Source: an uncultured bacterium (GTDB lineage: Bacteria > DYJV01). From it: DNA of 41,747 nucleotides. Positions within the stretch are counted from its first letter, which is position 1, and every line of letters begins with the position of its first letter. Below the pieces are notes generated by a model. It did not search any database. It was not told where the DNA came from and saw nothing but the letters and a program-made list of their open reading frames with translations. Position numbers and translations under genes: made by a program. This document shows, piece by piece, positions 20,201-28,947 of this stretch. The stretch covers positions 1-41,747 of the forward strand of contig CAZIZE010000067.1 in assembly GCA_964543655.1 (NCBI GenBank), written 5' to 3'.

Positions 20201-20404
20201 GGTGGAGCTATTAGAACAAGACCTGTTGTATTAACTTCATTAACTGTTGTTATTGGTGCTCTATTTATGCTTCCTGACCCAATATTTTCCGGGCTTGGAG
20301 TGTCTATGATGACAGGGACTATAGTTTCAACAATTCTTACTTTAATAGTTGTGCCACTTATATATTTTTGGGTAGAAAAATTTTTAAACAAAAAGGGGAA
20401 ATAA
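17261..20404 (+). CDS. RND inner-membrane efflux transporter (AcrB/HAE1-like)
   Basis: 1047 aa, 12 TM segments, and a VVDDAIIVVENIER proton-relay motif. A possible alternative TTG start at 17270 has better SD spacing. Confidence 0.9.
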   Translation: MSNLQKQGIAEKITKLFIDSKITPLIIVGVMLIGIFAVILTPKEEDPQIVVPMIDIFVPYPGASAKEVEKRVTAPLEKIMWEIPGVKYVYSIAKNGMGLVIVRFKVGMNEEKALVKLYTKIRYNMDRMPNGVMPPLIKNMSINQVPQIAITFYSKKYSPIFIRKVAAEVARKLSEINGVAQCTIIGGIKSDVTIEPDLKKIKEYHIDIFSIIKSLQGENFQAFSSNLSEKNKNIHIKVSNFFKSINNIKNVVVGVRNRKVIYLKDVAKVYPYNKIRKNYVETLAGNSIFPAVTLAIAKKKGFDTVVVCDKILEKLKFLKRTFLPNGLEYQITRNYGRSALDKVKTLLEHLSGAIISVLLVVAIFIGFRAGIVTFITVPVTFALTLFIYYLFGYTLNRVTLFALIFVTGIVVDDAIIVVENIERHLSIKGKLTFNDAIKAVGEVGNPTILATLTVIIAIYPMAFVRGLMGPYMKPMPEGATLSMIFSLLIALTIAPWLTMKLLPKEEKEKSTSKKLYNIYKSIFTFLLGSKIRSFLFLLAVFAMFIGSLMFIPSKAVVMKMLPFDNKDEIQVVIDMPTYTTLEQTHNVAKTLAYNLEKIKEVKSFQIYTGTSSPFNFNGLVRHYYLRKEPYQADIAVNLVDKSQRKLKSHDIAKKIRKTLLPIAKKLGARIKIAEIPPGPPVLSTLVAEVYGDNDRERLKVAKEIKNIFEHTKGVVDIDWYVEDNVKEYRFIINKTKAATYGVPVSKIVKTIKIYTSGLPLGLLHTYNREPEQIKLILPEKDRNSISTLKNIKIYSMNGHLVPLSELVTIKTGIKSKPIYHKNLKKVTYVIADVSGKLESPVYAMLKMMGKIEKLKIKQFFTSLPDNTFKVSMKWDGEWQVTYEVFRDLGIAFGVVLIILYLILAAWFKSYINPLIMMIPIPLTLIGILPGHYIFHKFFTATSMIGFIALAGIMVRNSILLIDFIEIALSEGKGLKESVIEGGAIRTRPVVLTSLTVVIGALFMLPDPIFSGLGVSMMTGTIVSTILTLIVVPLIYFWVEKFLNKKGK

Positions 20405-20405
20405 G

Positions 20406-21713
20406 ATGAAAAAACGATTTGTTCCCAACAGGTTTTATAACTTTTTCAAACTTGAATCTTTTGGTGGTATTTTACTGATATTTATTACTATTTTAGCTAT
20501 TCTCCTTGCAAATTCTCCTTTAGCAAAACTTTATCATCACTTTGTGCATCTGGAAATAGGTATTAAAATAGGAGAGCTACACTTTGTTAAATCTCTTGCT
20601 CATTGGGTTAATGATGCTCTTATGGCAATATTTTTTGTTGTTGTTGGACTGGAGATTAAAAGAGAGATTTTAATTGGCGAATTATCCTCTTTTAGAAAAG
20701 CTCTTTTACCATTTTTTGCTGCTATTGGTGGAATGATTTTTCCAGCTCTTGTTTTTTATATAATAAACAGAGGCTCACCTTCTGCAATTGGTTGGGGTAT
20801 TCCTATGGCTACTGATATTGCTTTTGCACTTGGTATTTTATCACTTGCTGGTAAAAAATTCCCCCTTTCACTTAAAATATTTTTAACTGCTTTTGCAATA
20901 ATAGATGATATAGGCGGTGTAATTATTATAGCCATATTTTATTCTAAACATATTTCATATATATTTCTCTTTGCTGCACTTGCAATCTTTGTATTAATGG
21001 TGATTTTAAATAGATTAAAAGTTCAAAGCCCTGTTCCCTATTCTCTTCTTGGAATTGTTATGTGGTTTTTTATGTTAAAATCTGGTGTTCATTCCACATT
21101 AGCAGGTTTATTATCTGCAATTGCTATTCCTGCAAAGGGAAGTGTTGATATAAAAAATTTCTTAAATAAAATTAAAATTGTTATCCATAAAATTGAAAAA
21201 AAACCTCTTGAAGGGCTCAATCCTCTCCTTGTTGGTAAAAAAACTGCACCTGAAATCCAAACAATAGAGGAGGTAACTCATAATTTTATTCCACCTCTGC
21301 TAAAAATAGAGCATGCACTTCACCCATGGGTTACATTTGCAATTCTTCCATTTTTTGCTTTTGTAAATGCTGGAATTGAACTTCATGGAAATTTTGCAAA
21401 TATGATTTTCAATAAAACTTCACTTGGTATTATTTTAGGCTTGATTATTGGAAAACAGGTTGGTATATTTCTTTTCTCATTTTTTGCTGTAAAATCTGGT
21501 TTATGCTTATTGCCAAAAGGGATTAACTGGAAAATGATGTATGCTGTTAGCATACTTGGTGGTATTGGTTTTACAATGTCACTCTTTATTAGCAGCCTTG
21601 CATTTAATTCTCCTGCTCTTATTAATGACAGTAAATTTGGAATTTTAATAGCATCATTTATTTCATCTGTAATGGGAATAGTTATGCTGAATTTATCCAA
21701 AAAAGAGGGTTAA
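20406..21713 (+). CDS. nhaA: Na+/H+ antiporter NhaA
   Basis: 435 aa. NhaA fold motifs (IIDDIGGVIIIA DD pair, GIPMATDIAFALG). Its start overlaps the RND stop region (TAAGATG). Confidence 0.85.
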   Translation: MKKRFVPNRFYNFFKLESFGGILLIFITILAILLANSPLAKLYHHFVHLEIGIKIGELHFVKSLAHWVNDALMAIFFVVVGLEIKREILIGELSSFRKALLPFFAAIGGMIFPALVFYIINRGSPSAIGWGIPMATDIAFALGILSLAGKKFPLSLKIFLTAFAIIDDIGGVIIIAIFYSKHISYIFLFAALAIFVLMVILNRLKVQSPVPYSLLGIVMWFFMLKSGVHSTLAGLLSAIAIPAKGSVDIKNFLNKIKIVIHKIEKKPLEGLNPLLVGKKTAPEIQTIEEVTHNFIPPLLKIEHALHPWVTFAILPFFAFVNAGIELHGNFANMIFNKTSLGIILGLIIGKQVGIFLFSFFAVKSGLCLLPKGINWKMMYAVSILGGIGFTMSLFISSLAFNSPALINDSKFGILIASFISSVMGIVMLNLSKKEG

Positions 21714-21762
21714 ATTTATCTACCTATCAGATTTTAAATTTGTTTTTATATTAAAAATTTCC

Positions 21763-21789
21763 TTGACAAAATTTAAATTCAAATATAAT
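21763..21789 (+). promoter_or_regulatory. Sigma70-like promoter, TTGACA-N15-TATAAT (or N17-TAATAG), upstream of the TonB-dependent receptor
   Basis: -35 at 21763-21768 and -10 at 21784-21789. A roughly 105-nt leader with three short hairpins follows. Confidence 0.45.
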
Positions 21790-21903
21790 AGATTGAAAAC
21801 TCAACTCATGAAGAGTTCTATTCTTTCCAATTAATACCTGATTTAGTCTCGAAGACTATTTTCCTGATCTGAAGATCTCCTAAAATCAATAAGGAGGTTT
21901 TTT

Positions 21904-24072
21904 ATGTCCAAATTTAAATTATTTTATTTTTTTATTATGTTGTTATTTACTTTTAATTGTTATGGAGCTAATATTTACAATCTTGGACAAATTAATGTAA
22001 ACGGTAAATTAATAAAAGAAACCAAACAAAAAGGTGATATTCTATTTACAGGAGTAAGCTTAAGTAAAAAAAGTTTGCAATTTTCTGGCCAGGGTGGGAA
22101 AAATAGCATTTTTAAATCAATATCTATTCTTCCAGATATAAACCTTGATAGTGACGATCCATACGGTCTTTCAGAAAAGAGGATGAGAATTAGAGGGACT
22201 TCAGATTATTTTGTTGGTTTAACAGTTAATGGTGTGCCCAATTATGGTGTTATGCCAATAGGTCCAAGAGATTATATTTATGATGTTGAAAATTTTTCAA
22301 AAATTAAGGTTTTTACTGGCTCAGCACCATCTGACTTAATGTCAGGTTCAGGAAATAGAGCAGGAGCAATTGAAGCTATAATAAAGGAACCATCTGATAA
22401 AATACATTTAACTTTTAACCAAAATTTTGGTTCATTTGACTACTGCAAAACTTTCTTAAGATTTGATTCTGGAGAGATTTCTAATTTAAATGCAAAATTT
22501 TACACTTCTCTTTCATACTCTGATGCTGACAAATGGAAAGGTGATGGCAAATTAGGACCACGGAAAAATTTTAGCTTTGGTTATGAACAAAAATTAGGAA
22601 ATTGGCTCAATATAGAGCTCTTTGGCAATTACAACTCATTAAATAGAAATGCTTTTAAAGGCTTAACATATTATGAAGCAAAAGACTTAGATAAATATTA
22701 TTATCACGATTATAATTCAGAAAAAATAGGGAATCCACTAATTGATTATAATTATTATAATTACAATAGATTTTCAGCAATTAATAGGGATTACTTTTCT
22801 ATTATTAATGTTAAATTTTCTAAAAATCTATTCTTCTCATTAAAACCTTACTATTCAAAAGAGGATAATTCAAAATATGAAGGTATTAAGGCTGGGAGTT
22901 ATGCTTTTGTATTAAATAAAATCAACAATTCCAAAAGGTATGGTTTAGTTTCTGAGTTGAATTATAACTACAAATATTTTAATGCAACAGTTGGGTATTG
23001 GCATGAAATTACAGATTTTAAACCAATTATAAAAAAAGATGGGATAACTCCAAAAGGATTAATTTTTAAAGGATATGGTTGGTATACCAAAAGTAATTCA
23101 AAAGGGACTGTTTTATCACCTTTTATTAAAATTGGATTGAATTTTCAAAAGCTCAAATTGCAGTTCGGAACAAAATATTTTTATTATAAAGAACCAGAGA
23201 AAAAAGGGTACTGGTATAAAAATGGTAACTTAATTTATGATAAAAATATTTCTGTAAATAAAAAAACCTATTCAGAGTTTTTGCCATCATTTGGAATTGA
23301 ATATGATCTGAATAAAATATATAAAATAAGTTTTAATTATTCCAAAAAATATGAAAGACCTTATGCATATGGGCCATTATCAAGTTTTTATTTCAAAAAT
23401 TACTTAACCTTTATAAAGAAAAACATTTCTTTACAAGAGCTTTTTGATAAATTACACATGGAAAAGGTAGATGCATATGACATAATATTTACTGCGAATT
23501 TCCAAAAATTATTTTTAAAAACAGATATATTTTATGAAAAACATAAAAGAATTCTTGTATCCCTAAATGATCCACGGGTAAATTTGTCATATCAACAAAA
23601 TGATGGTTACGCAAGAAGTTATGGAATAGAAATTTCAGGACAATATAACTATTCAGAAAATTTTCAAGTTTTTTCCAATTTCTCATTTAATAAAATGGAG
23701 TTTACAAAAGATTTAAATAGAGGTGGAAAAATTTATAAACTTAACAGTAAGCAGTTTCCTGATTCTCCTAAGTATATGTTTAAAACAGGAATAATTTATA
23801 AAATAAACAAATTTGAAATCATACCACTATTTAAATATATTGGTAAAAGATATGGTGATGCACTAAATATTGAACAGATTAATCCATACTCAATTTTAAA
23901 TCTACAAATGAATTATTATCTTAAATTTGGAAAAATTGGAATTGAAGCAGATAATATTTTTAATCATAAATATATTGGCAGAATTGACACATGGGATGAT
24001 GCAACTGGAAATACAACTTATTATGCTGCATCTCCTTTTACTTTACTTTTAAAATTTCAGGCAAAATTTTAA
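21904..24072 (+). CDS. TonB-dependent outer-membrane receptor
   Basis: Signal peptide, plug-domain motifs (MRIRGTSDYFVGLTVNGVP), an N/Y-rich beta-barrel, and a C-terminal aromatic residue (…FQAKF). Confidence 0.75.
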   Translation: MSKFKLFYFFIMLLFTFNCYGANIYNLGQINVNGKLIKETKQKGDILFTGVSLSKKSLQFSGQGGKNSIFKSISILPDINLDSDDPYGLSEKRMRIRGTSDYFVGLTVNGVPNYGVMPIGPRDYIYDVENFSKIKVFTGSAPSDLMSGSGNRAGAIEAIIKEPSDKIHLTFNQNFGSFDYCKTFLRFDSGEISNLNAKFYTSLSYSDADKWKGDGKLGPRKNFSFGYEQKLGNWLNIELFGNYNSLNRNAFKGLTYYEAKDLDKYYYHDYNSEKIGNPLIDYNYYNYNRFSAINRDYFSIINVKFSKNLFFSLKPYYSKEDNSKYEGIKAGSYAFVLNKINNSKRYGLVSELNYNYKYFNATVGYWHEITDFKPIIKKDGITPKGLIFKGYGWYTKSNSKGTVLSPFIKIGLNFQKLKLQFGTKYFYYKEPEKKGYWYKNGNLIYDKNISVNKKTYSEFLPSFGIEYDLNKIYKISFNYSKKYERPYAYGPLSSFYFKNYLTFIKKNISLQELFDKLHMEKVDAYDIIFTANFQKLFLKTDIFYEKHKRILVSLNDPRVNLSYQQNDGYARSYGIEISGQYNYSENFQVFSNFSFNKMEFTKDLNRGGKIYKLNSKQFPDSPKYMFKTGIIYKINKFEIIPLFKYIGKRYGDALNIEQINPYSILNLQMNYYLKFGKIGIEADNIFNHKYIGRIDTWDDATGNTTYYAASPFTLLLKFQAKF

Positions 24073-24074
24073 AA

Positions 24075-25121
24075 ATGAAGAGAATTGTTATTATTTTAAT
24101 ACTTTTATCTGCATGCTCAAATTTGTTCTCAAAAGTTATAACAGATATTGCAGGTAGAAAAGTAACTATAAAAAACAATATAAAAAAAATTGTTACAATA
24201 GGTCCAGGAGCATTAAGATTAGTTGCATATTTAAAAAGCATTAATAAAGTATGCGGAATTGAAAAAATTGAATTAAATTTTAAACCAAGCTTAATAAAAC
24301 CTTACTCTTACTTAATTAATAAAAAAATAGAGAAACTTCCTGTTATAGGTGAAGGTGGCCCTGGTAAAATGCCATACTTTGAGCAATTACTAATGGTCAA
24401 TCCTGATGTTATAATTGCTGTTGGATTTACAAGGGGCCAGGTTGATTTTATACAACAAAAACTTAATATCCCGGTAATATTACTTGATTATGGAAGTTTA
24501 GGTGTTTTAAATAATAAATTCATAAAATCATTGGAAATATTAGGTAAAACTATTGGAAAAAAAGAGGAAGCTAAAAATATGATAAACTATATTTTTAGCA
24601 TTACAAAAGATTTATCAAGAAGAGTAAAAAGGAGCGATAATTTTTCAGTTTATGTAGGTGGAATAGCTTATAAAGGTTTACATGATATTACAAGTAGTGA
24701 TACAGATTTTTTCCCATTTAAAATATTACATTTAAACAATGTAGTGTCTGAGTCTCCAATTAAAGGACATATTTTCATTACTTGGGAAAAATTAATTGAT
24801 TATAATCCAGATTTTATCTTTATTGATAAAACTTCTCTACCTATTATAAAGCTTAATTTTCAAAAAAATTTACCTAAATTTAAACTATTAAATGCTTTTC
24901 TACTGCATAGAATTTTTATTATATTACCTTATAATTACTACAACACAAATGTGGAAAATGTATATATTGCTACTTATACTATTGGAAAAATAATTTTTCC
25001 TAATCAATTTAAAGACATTAATTTATTAAAAAAATCAAAAGAAATTTACTCTCAATTTTTAGGAATAGAAATTAATAAAAATTTAAAAAAATTTTTACAA
25101 TACAATTTCAACATAGATTAA
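24075..25121 (+). CDS. Periplasmic substrate-binding lipoprotein, BtuF/FhuD/HmuT class (Peripla_BP_2)
   Basis: Lipobox LLSAC. The VITDIAGRKVTI...KKIVTIGPGALRLVAYL pattern is typical of cluster A-II binding proteins. Confidence 0.7.
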   Translation: MKRIVIILILLSACSNLFSKVITDIAGRKVTIKNNIKKIVTIGPGALRLVAYLKSINKVCGIEKIELNFKPSLIKPYSYLINKKIEKLPVIGEGGPGKMPYFEQLLMVNPDVIIAVGFTRGQVDFIQQKLNIPVILLDYGSLGVLNNKFIKSLEILGKTIGKKEEAKNMINYIFSITKDLSRRVKRSDNFSVYVGGIAYKGLHDITSSDTDFFPFKILHLNNVVSESPIKGHIFITWEKLIDYNPDFIFIDKTSLPIIKLNFQKNLPKFKLLNAFLLHRIFIILPYNYYNTNVENVYIATYTIGKIIFPNQFKDINLLKKSKEIYSQFLGIEINKNLKKFLQYNFNID

Positions 25122-25134
25122 AAGGAGGCAAATA

Positions 25135-25971
25135 GTGGAATTTTTTACACCTGAATTTTGGAAAAATTATGCAAAAAAGAGGAAAGCAGAATTTCAAACA
25201 TCTAAAGTTGCAACTAAAAAGATATGGGAAGAAATGGCACACTTTTATAAAGATTTTGAAAAGGAAAAATCTTATGAAGAAATAAAAAAAATTCCAATAG
25301 AATATCTTGAAAATCAAAGAATTTTTAATAAACCTATTACTATTGCTGATATTTGTTGCGGACCAGGAACACATGCAATAGAATTTTCAAAAAGAGCCAA
25401 AAAAGTATTTGCTCTTGATATATCTCAAAGTATGATAGATTCTCTTAAGCAAAAATCAAAAAAATATAATATCAAAAATATTTCAGTAAAATGCAATGAT
25501 TTTTTTAAAGAGGATTTTAGAGAAAAATTCGATCTTGTATTTGTTTCAATGAGCCCAATATTAAATGAACTTGATTCTATAGATAAATTACTATTAATTT
25601 CAAATAGATACCTTTTTATATCATTCTGGGCAGGAAAAAGAAAAAATGATATTTTTGAAAAATGCTACAAAGCTATTTTTAATAGAAATTTCAAATGGGA
25701 TATTCTTGATATAACAATTATTTTCAATTACCTATATTCACTTGGCTACTCACCAGCTATCTTTTATAAAAATAGTTGTTGGGAAAATAAATACAATTTT
25801 GAGAAAATTTTTCAACATGTTTTATGGCATTTAAAGTTCTATAAAGATGAACTCACTGAAAATGAAAAAGAAAAAGTTAAAGAAATTATTAAAGCTACAG
25901 ATTCTTTCAAAACTTATATTAGAATTGGTTTTCTTTTTTTAGATAAAGAAGAGAGTTGTAAAAGGATTTAG
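25135..25971 (+). CDS. Class I SAM-dependent methyltransferase
   Basis: GTG start with AGGAGG 6 nt upstream. Motif I is ITIADICCGPGTHAIEF, and an acidic residue follows in VFALDIS. Confidence 0.65.
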   Translation: MEFFTPEFWKNYAKKRKAEFQTSKVATKKIWEEMAHFYKDFEKEKSYEEIKKIPIEYLENQRIFNKPITIADICCGPGTHAIEFSKRAKKVFALDISQSMIDSLKQKSKKYNIKNISVKCNDFFKEDFREKFDLVFVSMSPILNELDSIDKLLLISNRYLFISFWAGKRKNDIFEKCYKAIFNRNFKWDILDITIIFNYLYSLGYSPAIFYKNSCWENKYNFEKIFQHVLWHLKFYKDELTENEKEKVKEIIKATDSFKTYIRIGFLFLDKEESCKRI

Positions 25972-26086
25972 GATATAGTTTTTACTGCTTAGTTACTCAA
26001 ATTTCATACCTTTGAAAAATAAGGATTTGCAAATTATATTTAATAATATCAACTAATTCTTTTAATTTATCACAAAAAAATGTATA

Positions 26087-26116
26087 TTGAAATGTCATTT
26101 GTAATATTCTTAACCT
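26087..26116. repeat. Copy B of the 28-nt imperfect repeat, TTGAAATGTCATTTGTAATATTCTTAAC
   Basis: Matches 215-242 at 25 of 28 positions. Lies 20-48 nt downstream of the tsaB stop. Confidence 0.3.
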
Positions 26117-26135
26117 ACTGTTATTAAACTATCTT

Positions 26136-26780
26136 TCAACGTTGGTTCTGTTTAATTTCTGCATCTGACTTTTTTAGGTACATAGGTAGAATATTTATAC
26201 CTTGAAAAATAGATTTATCCTCTGTTGAAATAAATTTCTTATAACCTAATAATGCAAAGTTATGTGCAAAAAGATTACCTTTTAAAGAGAAATTGAAAAA
26301 ATCGTTGCTGTTAAAAACTCCTATGTTTTTAGGAAAAGTTTTTATTATTTCTCTGTTTGCCACTGAATAATCTTGAATCTGTTTTAAATCTCCACCCATT
26401 TTTCTATATACTGAATAAAAAACCTCTTCTCTTCTTCCCTCTATAAAAGCAGCAAACTCACCTTCTCCCTTAAATTCCATCGCAAGAGCATCAAGAGACG
26501 AAATTCCAACAAGAGGTTTTTTTGATACAGCAGCAAATCCTTTTAAAATACTTAAACCAATTCTGATTCCAGTAAAAGAGCCTGGCCCGAGGCTTGCCAC
26601 AAAAATATCAATATCAGTAATATCAATTCTGCTAAATTCTAACAGAGTATCTATTGTATTTAAAACCCTTTCAGAATGAGTTGTTTTTAACTGAAGATAT
26701 AACTCACCAACTAAATCTTTATCTTCAATAATAGCAACACTACCAGCAGAAGTTGATGTATCAACTGATAAAATTAACAT
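26136..26780 (-). CDS. tsaB: tRNA threonylcarbamoyladenosine biosynthesis protein TsaB (YeaZ)
   Basis: LILSVDTSTSAGSVAI...SLGPGSFTGIRIGLS is the inactive Kae1/TsaD paralog signature. 214 aa. Confidence 0.8.
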   Translation of the reverse strand: MLILSVDTSTSAGSVAIIEDKDLVGELYLQLKTTHSERVLNTIDTLLEFSRIDITDIDIFVASLGPGSFTGIRIGLSILKGFAAVSKKPLVGISSLDALAMEFKGEGEFAAFIEGRREEVFYSVYRKMGGDLKQIQDYSVANREIIKTFPKNIGVFNSNDFFNFSLKGNLFAHNFALLGYKKFISTEDKSIFQGINILPMYLKKSDAEIKQNQR

Positions 26781-27844
26781 TATCCCTTTATTAACCTTAA
26801 AATATCGTTGTAAAAAGCAAAAAACATTAAAACAAGAATTAAAGAAAGGCCAATTTTTTGTACAAATTCTATTTTCTTTATATCAATCTCTTTTCCTCTA
26901 ATTGCTTCAAGGGTAATAATTACTATATGTCCACCATCAAGAATAGGGATAGGCAATAAATTTAAAATACCAAGATTCACACTTATCATTGCAAGGAAAA
27001 ATAGAAAATTTGTAGCACCAGCTTTTGCCTGCTGTCCAGCAATCTGTCCAATTAAAATAGGACCACCTATTGTATTTAAAGGGATTACTCTCTCTATAAT
27101 TTTAACAATACTTAAAAAGGTCAGTTTTATCCATTTCCCTGTTTCTTTTACTCCCAACCAGATTGAATAGAAAGGATTATAGTGAACTATTTTAAATTTT
27201 GTTGTATCTGCATAGATTCCAATAAAATATCTCTCTTTTTTTTCTCCAAAAATGTCTTTATACTCTCTTTTTTTAGGCTTAATAAAAACTGTAACTTTTT
27301 CATTCCCTCTTTGAATTACAATTCTCAGCTTTTTACCATTACTTCGTGAAATTATTTCAGAAATATCGTCCCATGATCTTATTTTAACATTTGAAATTTC
27401 CACAATCTTATCACCAGGTTTTATACCAGCTGATTCTGCTGGCAATCCTTTTTGAACTCCACCAACATATGGCCCAAGCACTGGAACACCTTTCATAAAA
27501 AGAAAAGAAAACAGAAGAGCTGCAAAGATAAGGTTAAACAGCGGCCCACCAAAAATTATTAATATTCTCTGCAGTGGTGACTTTGAGTTATATGAATACT
27601 CCTTGAGGGTCTCATCAATTTCCTCCTCTTTGTCTTCACCAAGTAATTTTACAAAACCGCCAAAAGGGATAAGAGATACCATATACTCTGTTTCTTTCCT
27701 TTTGAATGAAAAAATCTTAGGACCAAATCCTATTGAAAATTTTAATACATGAACCTTAAACAATTTTGCAAAGGTAAAATGTCCTAATTCATGCACAAAA
27801 ATAAGCACAGCAAGAACTATTATAGTTGAAACTACATAAATCAT
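26780..27844 (-). CDS. rseP: RIP zinc metalloprotease RseP (site-2 protease)
   Basis: HELGHF HExxH motif in TM1, a PDZ domain, and a C-terminal LDGG motif. Overlaps tsaB by 1 nt. Confidence 0.85.
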   Translation of the reverse strand: MIYVVSTIIVLAVLIFVHELGHFTFAKLFKVHVLKFSIGFGPKIFSFKRKETEYMVSLIPFGGFVKLLGEDKEEEIDETLKEYSYNSKSPLQRILIIFGGPLFNLIFAALLFSFLFMKGVPVLGPYVGGVQKGLPAESAGIKPGDKIVEISNVKIRSWDDISEIISRSNGKKLRIVIQRGNEKVTVFIKPKKREYKDIFGEKKERYFIGIYADTTKFKIVHYNPFYSIWLGVKETGKWIKLTFLSIVKIIERVIPLNTIGGPILIGQIAGQQAKAGATNFLFFLAMISVNLGILNLLPIPILDGGHIVIITLEAIRGKEIDIKKIEFVQKIGLSLILVLMFFAFYNDILRLIKG

Positions 27845-28947
27845 AATATCTTTTCCACCTCTTTATTGATATAAAAAACATCCTCTATTGTATTATAATT
27901 TTTGGGAAAATCAAATTTAAAAACTCGCTCAATTAATTTAAAAATTTCTGTAAACTTAATCTCCTTATTTAAAAATCTATAAACAGCTATTTCATTTGCT
28001 TTATTAATAGCTGCTGAATATCCATCACCCATTTCAAGTGCTTTAAATGCAAATTGTAAAGATGGAAATTTCTCATAATCTGGTTTGAAAAACTCCAATG
28101 TTTGCAAAGTTAAATCAAGCTTATGCTCTAATCTGGCTCTTAAAGGATAAAAAAGAGCATAACTTATAGGTATTTCCATATTTGGAATTCCAAGTTGAGC
28201 CAATATTGCACCATCTTGATATTCAACCATGGAATGTACAATACTCTGCGGGTGAATAACCACATCTATCTCTTCTCGACTAAGATCAAATAACCATTTT
28301 GCTTCAATTATTTCAAGCCCCTTATTCATTAAAGTAGCAGAATCTATAGTTATTTTACTCCCCATATTCCATGTTGGATGATTAAGAGCCTTTTCCACTG
28401 TAATATTTGAAAACTCTTCTTTCGGTAAATTGTAGAATGGTCCACCAGATGCAGTTAATATAATTTTTTCCACTTCAGCTCTATTTTGTAAGCATTGAAA
28501 AATTGCACTATGTTCACTATCAACAGGAATAATTGGAATATTTAAACTTTTTGCTTTATCTATTATAAATTTGCCAGCAGAAACAAGGCATTCTTTATTA
28601 GCAAGAGCAATTAAATTACTATTATTAATAGCCTCAAAAGCTGGAATAATACCATCAGTACCAACTATTGAAATAAGAGAAATATCTACTCTTTTAAAAT
28701 TGGCAAACTCTTTTAATCCATCTTTACCAGCAAAAATTTTTCCCTTAAATTTAAGATGTTTTACATCTTCTATATTTTTAATACATACCACTTCCGGGTT
28801 AAACATCTCTATCTGTTTATTTAGCAAAGAAATATTATCTCCACAGGTAAGTCCAACTATTTTAAACTGATTGTTAAATTTACGAATAATGTTAAGTGCC
28901 TGGGTACCTATTGAGCCTGTTGAACCATAGATATTAACTGTTTTCAT
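27841..28947 (-). CDS. dxr: 1-deoxy-D-xylulose 5-phosphate reductoisomerase
   Basis: N-terminal GSTGSIG NADPH-binding motif. 368 aa. Overlaps rseP as ATGA. Confidence 0.9.
   Translation of the reverse strand: MKTVNIYGSTGSIGTQALNIIRKFNNQFKIVGLTCGDNISLLNKQIEMFNPEVVCIKNIEDVKHLKFKGKIFAGKDGLKEFANFKRVDISLISIVGTDGIIPAFEAINNSNLIALANKECLVSAGKFIIDKAKSLNIPIIPVDSEHSAIFQCLQNRAEVEKIILTASGGPFYNLPKEEFSNITVEKALNHPTWNMGSKITIDSATLMNKGLEIIEAKWLFDLSREEIDVVIHPQSIVHSMVEYQDGAILAQLGIPNMEIPISYALFYPLRARLEHKLDLTLQTLEFFKPDYEKFPSLQFAFKALEMGDGYSAAINKANEIAVYRFLNKEIKFTEIFKLIERVFKFDFPKNYNTIEDVFYINKEVEKIL

Noticed and set aside
21790-21903. Cobalamin riboswitch upstream of the TonB receptor and BtuF-like pair
   Set aside because: The leader is only about 105 nt and lacks the conserved B12-box (AGYCMGgAgaCCkGCc-like). 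Cobalamin riboswitches are typically 180 nt or more. I kept it only as an unexplained structured leader.
25972-26135. 37-aa minus-strand ORF (MTFQYTFFCDKLKELVDIIKYNLQILIFQRYEI) starting inside the 28-nt repeat downstream of tsaB
   Set aside because: It has no SD. It resembles the small ORF at 11-250 only through the shared DNA repeat at its first four codons. It is most likely non-coding.
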